From NCBI GenBank assembly GCA_963726255.1, contig CAVSBL010000002.1:1120001-1184000 (forward strand): a stretch of 64,000 nt of DNA. Direction: 5' to 3'. Source of the DNA: Candidatus Bathyarchaeota archaeon (GTDB taxonomy: Archaea > Thermoproteota > Bathyarchaeia > 40CM-2-53-6). Shown in pieces: positions 57,601 to 64,000 of this stretch (position 1 is its first letter; each line of letters begins with the position of its first letter). A program made the position numbers and the translations under genes. The notes beneath the pieces are model-generated. The model ran no database searches and was not told the DNA's origin. It worked only from the letters and a program-made list of their open reading frames with translations.

Positions 57601-58116
57601 TTAGAAGCGCTCGAACTCAACCCTTAGCGTCATGCCCTTGAGCTCTTGGGCAATTTTGCGGACCTTATCAAGGTCAACTGGCATGTTCCACGGCTGCCTC
57701 CCAGTCAGTATGACCTTAGTTTCTGTGCTCCCATCCGGGATCCAGACGGTGTTTATCGTTAGGATTGAGAGTGGGCTGAAGAGGTCTTCCAAGAACTCTC
57801 GGTCGTCTCCTCCGTAGCTTATGAGCTTTACACGCTTACCAAAGGTCTCCCCGAGGTCTTTGACAATTTTAGCCCCGCCGCCCAGCAGCTTCGGCATATC
57901 CTTCTTATCCACAAGAACGGCCATCACACCGTCAGCTTCAACAGCCCGATGAAAAGTAACGTCCTGAAGAATCGGATTATCCTTCTCCAGCTCCACAATT
58001 CGCTGGATTACCTTAAGGTCTAGCTCCGTGACCTGACCTTTCTCGACCTTCTCCTCACATCTTCGACAGAGGATGCCGGACTTCACGCAAAATGCGTCCA
58101 GGATTGTCTTTACCAT
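57601..58116 (-). CDS. NusA-like KH-domain protein (archaeal paralog with N-terminal Cys motif)
   Basis: FCVKSGILCRRC, KH-like LLGGGAKIVK, LFSPL.I..IN.VWIPDG. Confidence 0.8.
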   Translation of the reverse strand: MVKTILDAFCVKSGILCRRCEEKVEKGQVTELDLKVIQRIVELEKDNPILQDVTFHRAVEADGVMAVLVDKKDMPKLLGGGAKIVKDLGETFGKRVKLISYGGDDREFLEDLFSPLSILTINTVWIPDGSTETKVILTGRQPWNMPVDLDKVRKIAQELKGMTLRVEFERF

Positions 58117-58276
58117 TCACTTTCAACTTTATCTTGGTCCCACACATCGTCGGCTAGCTTCGCGTTTGCGATGCCAGCGTCATCGCGCAGGACGAGGTCT
58201 TACAAACTATTTGAAGATATTGTCAACAAGTGCACAACTGAAAATTGTGAAGAGTTCTCAAAATCTGGCAAACCCT

Positions 58277-59164
58277 TCACGGGTGAGCTAGCCCGACGAG
58301 GTCACTACTGACTTCCCATAACCGCTTTGCAATTTCCAAGTCGTAAGACTCTCTTGACGACTTCATCTCTGATTGTTTTGCAAAGTACTTACCGGTGACG
58401 TGCTCAAGTTCAGGAGAAGAAGCCAACGAGACTACCGTCTTTGCACCCTCCTCCGGGCTTAGCATAAAAGGGGCGAACAGTTTGACAGCCACACCCATCA
58501 ATCCTCCATTTTTCCGACCAAAGTTCGTTCTCACAGTTCCCGGGTGAACACAATTCACTGTAACTCCAGTTCCTTTCAACCGCCTGGCCAATTCATATGT
58601 GAAAAGGACGTTTGCAAGCTTGGATTGCGGATATGACTTCCATCCACCATACCTACGCTGGCCCTGTAGGTCACTGAAGTTGATATGCCCCCTGCTTTGC
58701 GCTTCTGAGCTGACGTTCACGATTCTTGACGGTGCGCTAGCCTTCAGTAACTCCAGCAGTAGATTAGTCAGAAGGAAATGGGCTAGGTGGTTGATCGCGA
58801 ATGTGGATTCGAACCCGTCCACCGTGACAACTCGTTTGCTCGAGTAGATGCCCGCATTGTTCACGAGAACATCGAGGCGCGAGAACTTATGTTGGAAATC
58901 ATTCGCAAATGAGTGGACAGAGTCGAGGTTTGCCAGATCCACTAGAGATAAGCTCACATCTCGGTTGTTGGATCCTTTGATGATGTCTCGTTTAGCTGCT
59001 TCGCCACGTTCAGCGTCTCTGCAAGCAAGCACGACCGTCGCTCCCAGTCCAGCCAGTCCGAGCGCAGTTGATTTCCCAATACCACTGTTGGCTCCCGTTA
59101 CCAAGCAGAGCTTTCCTTGCATCAGGCCGGCTTTATTGCCAGTTCGCGACTCACCAGCATTCAT
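58277..59164 (-). CDS. Short-chain dehydrogenase/reductase (retinol-DH-like)
   Basis: TGANSGIG, NNAG, YPQSK, HPG. Confidence 0.93.
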   Translation of the reverse strand: MNAGESRTGNKAGLMQGKLCLVTGANSGIGKSTALGLAGLGATVVLACRDAERGEAAKRDIIKGSNNRDVSLSLVDLANLDSVHSFANDFQHKFSRLDVLVNNAGIYSSKRVVTVDGFESTFAINHLAHFLLTNLLLELLKASAPSRIVNVSSEAQSRGHINFSDLQGQRRYGGWKSYPQSKLANVLFTYELARRLKGTGVTVNCVHPGTVRTNFGRKNGGLMGVAVKLFAPFMLSPEEGAKTVVSLASSPELEHVTGKYFAKQSEMKSSRESYDLEIAKRLWEVSSDLVGLAHP

Positions 59165-59326
59165 TGGAAATTGATCCTTCTAACTGCCGGATTGGGCGTC
59201 TATATGTTGTCGGCTTTACACATTACCGAATATGCAGTATCGGCATTGATAGTTCAAGCGGTATTTTATTACGGAACCCGAACAGTCTAGGGCTCGCACT
59301 TACAAAGCCAGCGGACGAAGATTCAA

Positions 59327-60472
59327 TTGAAACTCTTCGAATATGAAGCGAAGGAGATTGCGCAACAGTACGGCGTTCCCGTTCCGAAGGGGTTAGTAGC
59401 CTCAACCCCTGAAGAAGCAAAGGACGCTTACATGAAACTCGGGCAACCCTCGATGGTTAAAGCGCAGGTTCTGGTTGCCGGACGCGGAAAGGCGGGAGGG
59501 ATCAGACCAGCCTCAAGCCCCGAGGAGGCTGAGGAGGTTGCGAGAGCAATTCTTTCGATGTCGGTCAAGGGTGAAAAAGTTGCTAAGGTTCTCGTCGAAC
59601 AGAAATTGGCCAGCAAGCACGAGCGGTATGTGAGCATAGTCGTTGACCGGGCTTCGCGTTGCTATACGGTTCTCTGCTCGACCGATGGCGGCGTGGACAT
59701 TGAACAGGTCGCTGACCAGCATCCGGAAAGAATTATCCGGCACAAGCTTGACCCGTTGATAGGGCTGCAAGACTTTGAGAGCAGAGCCATTGCGAAAGGG
59801 ATAGGGTATTCCGGAAAGCAAATGGGCCAGGTGGCCTCAGTCATCAACAAACTCTTTCAAATCATGCTTGATTACGACGCTGAACTAATCGAATCTAATC
59901 CCCTAATTGAAACAGAGTCAGGGGAGCTGATCGCCGCCGACCTAAGAATCCTATTGGATGATAACGCGCTCTTCAGGCATCCGAAATTTCTGGAACGAAT
60001 GAAGAGCTTTGAACCCGATATGACACCGCTCGAGGTCAGGGCGCGGGAGAAGGGCCTGGCCTACGTCGAACTCGATGGGGACGTAGGAATAATTGGTAAC
60101 GGCGCAGGCCTCGTTATGGCCACGTTGGACATGATATTGGACTACAAAGGGAAACCAGCCAACTTCTGCGACGTGGGCGGCGGTGCAAGCGAAGAAAGAA
60201 TTGCTGCCGCGCTCGAGATCGTCCTCGCGAATCCGAAGGTGAAAATTCTGCTAATCAACATAATGGGCGGCATAACAAGGTGCGATGACGTCGCGAGAGC
60301 CATTCTCGATATTCAGAAGAAAATGGGCATAACTAAACCCATGGTTATCCGCCTCGTAGGCACGAACGAGAAAGAGGGGCAAAAGATACTCTCGGCGGCC
60401 AACATTCCCTCGTTGAACAGCATGGAAGAAGCGGCTGCGAAAGCTGTGGAACTGGTCATGGAGGCGCAGTAA
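59327..60472 (+). CDS. sucC: Succinyl-CoA synthetase beta subunit
   Basis: MKLFEYEAK, KAQVLVAGRGKAGG, GNGAGL, PANFCDVGGG. Confidence 0.95.
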   Translation: MKLFEYEAKEIAQQYGVPVPKGLVASTPEEAKDAYMKLGQPSMVKAQVLVAGRGKAGGIRPASSPEEAEEVARAILSMSVKGEKVAKVLVEQKLASKHERYVSIVVDRASRCYTVLCSTDGGVDIEQVADQHPERIIRHKLDPLIGLQDFESRAIAKGIGYSGKQMGQVASVINKLFQIMLDYDAELIESNPLIETESGELIAADLRILLDDNALFRHPKFLERMKSFEPDMTPLEVRAREKGLAYVELDGDVGIIGNGAGLVMATLDMILDYKGKPANFCDVGGGASEERIAAALEIVLANPKVKILLINIMGGITRCDDVARAILDIQKKMGITKPMVIRLVGTNEKEGQKILSAANIPSLNSMEEAAAKAVELVMEAQ

Positions 60473-60473
60473 C

Positions 60474-61340
60474 ATGCCGATCCTAATTGGGAAAAAAACC
60501 AAGGCGATCGTTCAGGGCATCACTGGTTCGCAGGGAAAGTTTCACTCCCAGCTGATGCTTGAGTATGGAACAAAAATAGTTGCAGGAACAAACCCCGGCA
60601 AGGGCGGGACGGAGGTGCACGGGATCCCGGTCTTCGACACGGTGCAGGAAGCGGTTGATAAGTACAAGGCCACCGCCTCTATCATTTTCGTTCCCGCACC
60701 TGGTGCCAGGGATGCAGCTCTCGAAGCCATCGCTGCTGGCCTCAACCCGGTTATAGTAATTACAGAGGGAATTCCCGTTAAGGATGAAATTCAGATGATG
60801 GAAGTCGCCAAGCTAAAGGGGACCACAATCATCGGGCCCAACACGCCGGGCATCATAACCCCAGGCCAATGCAAGCTCGGCATAATGCCGGGCCACATAT
60901 TCAAAACCGGCAAGGTCGGCTTGGTATCGAGAAGCGGGACGCTGACTTACGAGATTGCCGCAAGCCTAACCAACGCCCGCCTCGGACAATCCACCTGCCT
61001 AGGCGTCGGAGGTGACCCTATAGTAGGTTTGAGCTTCGTCGACGTACTCGCCATGTTCAGAAAGGACCCTGCGACCAAGGCGGTGGCTATGATTGGTGAA
61101 ATTGGGGGAAACGCCGAGGAAATGGCAGCGGAATACGTGAGGAAAACGAAATACCCCAAACCTATCGCCGCATACATCGCAGGCCGAGCAGCACCGGCAG
61201 GGAAGCGAATGGGCCACGCAGGCGCAATTATCACCGGCAAAGCTGGGACAGCGGAAACAAAAATTGACGCCCTCCGAGACGCAGGCGTAAGAGTTGCGCT
61301 CAAGCCGGGAGAGATTGCGAAGCTCCTCAAACGACGTTAG
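60474..61340 (+). CDS. sucD: Succinyl-CoA synthetase alpha subunit
   Basis: QGITG, GPNTPG, SRSGTLTYE, RMGHAGA. Confidence 0.96.
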   Translation: MPILIGKKTKAIVQGITGSQGKFHSQLMLEYGTKIVAGTNPGKGGTEVHGIPVFDTVQEAVDKYKATASIIFVPAPGARDAALEAIAAGLNPVIVITEGIPVKDEIQMMEVAKLKGTTIIGPNTPGIITPGQCKLGIMPGHIFKTGKVGLVSRSGTLTYEIAASLTNARLGQSTCLGVGGDPIVGLSFVDVLAMFRKDPATKAVAMIGEIGGNAEEMAAEYVRKTKYPKPIAAYIAGRAAPAGKRMGHAGAIITGKAGTAETKIDALRDAGVRVALKPGEIAKLLKRR

Positions 61341-61797
61341 CTGCAAACCCTGCAATTCGTTTACGGGGCACTCGCCCTGTATGGGTTGAAATGTAGCCTA
61401 TTCGCGGGCGAGATGAGGTGGTTTCGGCCCGCATAATGGCTCCATTTCGGTAGTGCTCAATGAAATAGCGAAACTGCTCAGACAATGCTATGGACTATCC
61501 TGAGTTGTGACGGGCGGTGACACCATCATAGGTTGGTGACACTCATCCCTTCCCATGCTGTGATGTAATGAAGCTCCCCAGTGATAGGGCACAGGGTTGC
61601 TTCCACCTTCCGTCAATAGGTGAGTACACTCAGGTAGTCCTTGACATTCTTTGCCTGTCGTAATCGCGATTTCTGGACGCGACATCATGCAATTCTCCAT
61701 GGAATCTCTGAGCCGACTCTGAAAACTCCACCTAACGCCTTCTTGCACATTGAATTAATAGCGCCGCGACTGAAAGAGTTCGGATTGGTAGTTGTAG

Positions 61798-63114
61798 TTG
61801 TTGAGGCGGACGCATTACACAGACGAGATAGAGAGCACGCAGGGCGGGAAGGTTGTTCTAGCTGGCTGGGTCCACGACGTGAAGGACCTAGCGCGGGCCA
61901 GGTTCATTTGGTTAAGGGACAGAGAAGGCGTAGCGCAGGTTACAATAATCAAAGCAAATGCCACCCCTGAAATTCTCAAAGCATCAGAGAGCCTCGGGAA
62001 GGAAGATGTCATCGCAGTAGAAGGTACCCCTGTCAAAGAAAGGATCGCTAAGGTCGGCTCCGAAATCACACCAACCAAGATTGAACTTGTCGTTAAAGCG
62101 CAAGCTGCAGCCCCTCTGGACATGTCGGGTAAGATCGAATCTAACTTGGACATCCGCCTCGATTGGCGTGTTATCGACTTACGGAGGCGGGAAAACCTCG
62201 CCATATTCCAGATACAATCCAAACTCGTTGAGGGAATGGTGCAGTACCTTGGGCAGAAGGGCTACTTACAGGTCTTCACACCCTGCCTGCTTGGCGGAAC
62301 ATCCGAGGGCGGCGCGGAAGTTTTCAAGCTTGACTATTTTGGAAAAGAAGCGTTCCTCCGACAAGACCCACAGCTTCACAGGCAGTTATGCATCGCAGCA
62401 GGTTTCGACAAAATCTACGACCTAGGGCCAAATTGGCGGGCTGAACTCTCGCACACCCCTCGCCACCTTTGCGAACATAGAGGTATGGCGGTTGAGTTCG
62501 GGTTCATGAACGACGAGACCGACATGATGAGGGTTGAAGAGGAAATGGTCGTAGCTGCAATGAGCAAGATTAAGGCCGATTGCACGCGTGAACTTGAACT
62601 ACTACAAATTCAAATGGAAATCCCGAACACTCCCTTTCCGGAAATGAGGTTCCCAGAAGTCTACCGAATCCTTGAGGAGTACGGCAAGAACATACCGTAC
62701 GGAAGCGACCTCGACAAGGAAAGCGAAACCTTGCTCAGCAAGCACGTTCGAGAGAAACACAAAGCCGACGTGTATTTCGTCAATAGGTACCCGTTCAAAG
62801 TCAAACCCTTCTACGTTATGCGCGTCGACGAAGATCCACAATGGTCTCGGGGCGTCGACCTCGTGTTCAGGGATATTGAACAGTCATCGGGCGGCCAACG
62901 GGAACACCGATACGAAAAAATCATGGCTCAGCTACGGGAGAAGAATGTGAACCCTGAAGCAATGAAATGGTTCACTGAACCCTTCAAGTTCGGCGTCCCA
63001 CCCCACGGCGGCTTCTGCCTAGGAATTGAAAGGTTCACGATGGCCCTACTTAACAAGGAAAACGTAAAGGAAACAACCCTCTTCCCGCGAACCCCAGAAC
63101 GACTCCTCCCGTAG
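61798..63114 (+). CDS. aspS: Archaeal-type aspartyl-tRNA synthetase
   Basis: GWVH OB fold, RAE.SHT.RH motif 2, SGGQREH, PPHGG..LGIER motif 3. Confidence 0.93.
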   Translation: MLRRTHYTDEIESTQGGKVVLAGWVHDVKDLARARFIWLRDREGVAQVTIIKANATPEILKASESLGKEDVIAVEGTPVKERIAKVGSEITPTKIELVVKAQAAAPLDMSGKIESNLDIRLDWRVIDLRRRENLAIFQIQSKLVEGMVQYLGQKGYLQVFTPCLLGGTSEGGAEVFKLDYFGKEAFLRQDPQLHRQLCIAAGFDKIYDLGPNWRAELSHTPRHLCEHRGMAVEFGFMNDETDMMRVEEEMVVAAMSKIKADCTRELELLQIQMEIPNTPFPEMRFPEVYRILEEYGKNIPYGSDLDKESETLLSKHVREKHKADVYFVNRYPFKVKPFYVMRVDEDPQWSRGVDLVFRDIEQSSGGQREHRYEKIMAQLREKNVNPEAMKWFTEPFKFGVPPHGGFCLGIERFTMALLNKENVKETTLFPRTPERLLP

Positions 63115-63285
63115 TGAAGGGAGCGGTCGTACTGGCTGGCTTTCGTTTTTCTGACCATAGAACAGTACAGCCTTTTGCTTTGGTCATTTGATGCGGGCTT
63201 CTGGTCATTTGCCTTCGCGCACTTGTCACGACTTCTCGGTCTGGGCGCTATTGCGCTTGAAGGATTTCGTCGCCAGTGATTTGGG

Positions 63286-63573
63286 TTGAATCCCTCAGGG
63301 TCGAGCACGCAGTGGCCTAGGGAACGTACAAGAATTTACTACGACATTCTGCGTTCCATCCTGAGGGAAGAGAGATCGTCAGAGAGTGTGAGAATTGCAC
63401 GAGTCCAGAATCGTCTTAATCTTCCTTCAGACAGGTTCAGGCGACATTTCAGGCAGATGGAAAGGCTCGGGCTTGATTTTCGGGACACTCTTTTGACTAC
63501 GGTGAAGGGGAGAGAGTTTGTGTCCGAGTATAGGAGATTTTCGGAGTTTTTGAGGCGCTTCGGCCTAGTGTAG
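63286..63573 (+). CDS. Winged helix-turn-helix protein
   Basis: RER..IYYDIL, T.KGREF pattern of small archaeal wHTH proteins. Confidence 0.7.
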   Translation: MNPSGSSTQWPRERTRIYYDILRSILREERSSESVRIARVQNRLNLPSDRFRRHFRQMERLGLDFRDTLLTTVKGREFVSEYRRFSEFLRRFGLV

Positions 63574-63665
63574 GGGAGACAGAGTGCATTACACTTAGCG
63601 TTCGCCGTTTCGTCGCGTAACCTGACAAATGAGTCGGCTGTGCAAAGCATCCTACAAGAGTCGGA

Positions 63666-64000
63666 CTAAATCATTATGGCAGCCGCGATGGCGGTCGTCC
63701 ACAGTCCATCTTTGTTGCCCTCTGCCGATTGGCATATGTTTCTGGTGGTGACCTTCTTGCCTGATATGTTCCATATCTCTTGCTTGATGTCCCACGCGTT
63801 GTCAACATCAAAGGGTACGCCAAGTGTTGACGCGAGCATTGAAGCAGCAAGATCTTCGGCGTAATCACCAGCTTTCTCCTGCGTCTGACCATACGACTCG
63901 TGTTCAGACAGGTAACCGTACACTGTTCTGTCGGAAGGCAGTGCCATCCCTATGGCTACAGCCATCAACCTGTTCGGCTCATTCGTGTCAATCCGGCTCA
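63666..64000 (-). CDS. pdaD: Pyruvoyl-dependent arginine decarboxylase, 3' part (runs off the window)
   Basis: YGYLSEH, YAEDLAASMLASTLG, GLWTT.IAAA. Confidence 0.88.
   Translation of the reverse strand, partial: SRIDTNEPNRLMAVAIGMALPSDRTVYGYLSEHESYGQTQEKAGDYAEDLAASMLASTLGVPFDVDNAWDIKQEIWNISGKKVTTRNICQSAEGNKDGLWTTAIAAAIMI

Noticed and set aside
63181-63211. Direct repeat TGGTCATTTG x2 and minus-strand ORF 62928-63308
   Set aside because: Only two short copies; the ORF overlaps aspS antisense and has no motif.
1-64000. CRISPR arrays, rRNA genes, intact IS elements, proviral genes
   Set aside because: No regularly spaced repeats, rRNA-like tracts, full transposases or integrases seen.

Overview
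Archaeal chromosomal window. It most likely comes from a TACK archaeon such as Bathyarchaeia, inferred from smc-scpA-scpB, rps8e, SRP19, topo VI, the Rio1/aIF-1A/aIF-2beta cluster, AbrB-PhoU and TrmB regulators, BHB tRNA introns and frequent TTG starts. It is mostly housekeeping genes. It also holds a peptide/amino-acid fermentation cluster at about 8.4-20.8 kb (aminotransferase, 4-subunit 2-oxoacid:ferredoxin oxidoreductase, ADP-forming acyl-CoA synthetase, a hyp/DUF6390 module and two AbrB-PhoU regulators) and a small AT-richer accessory patch with a transposase remnant at about 48-50.3 kb. Highlights: (1) a tRNA-Asn(GTT) at 7748-7883 split by three BHB introns, one at the very unusual position 8/9; (2) a DUF6390 protein whose C-terminus looks like an intact HypC domain, next to a HypC lacking its conserved His, with no hydrogenase or HypDEF nearby; (3) a ribophorin-I-like membrane protein; (4) a CBS+HPF-like ribosome hibernation factor; (5) a TrmB gene whose HTH has no canonical start codon; (6) a GTAATTAC palindrome upstream of three units of the fermentation cluster; (7) an AspRS with mixed discriminating/non-discriminating signature residues; and (8) several small ORFs missed by the ORF track. 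All calls come from reading motifs by eye; no searches were run.
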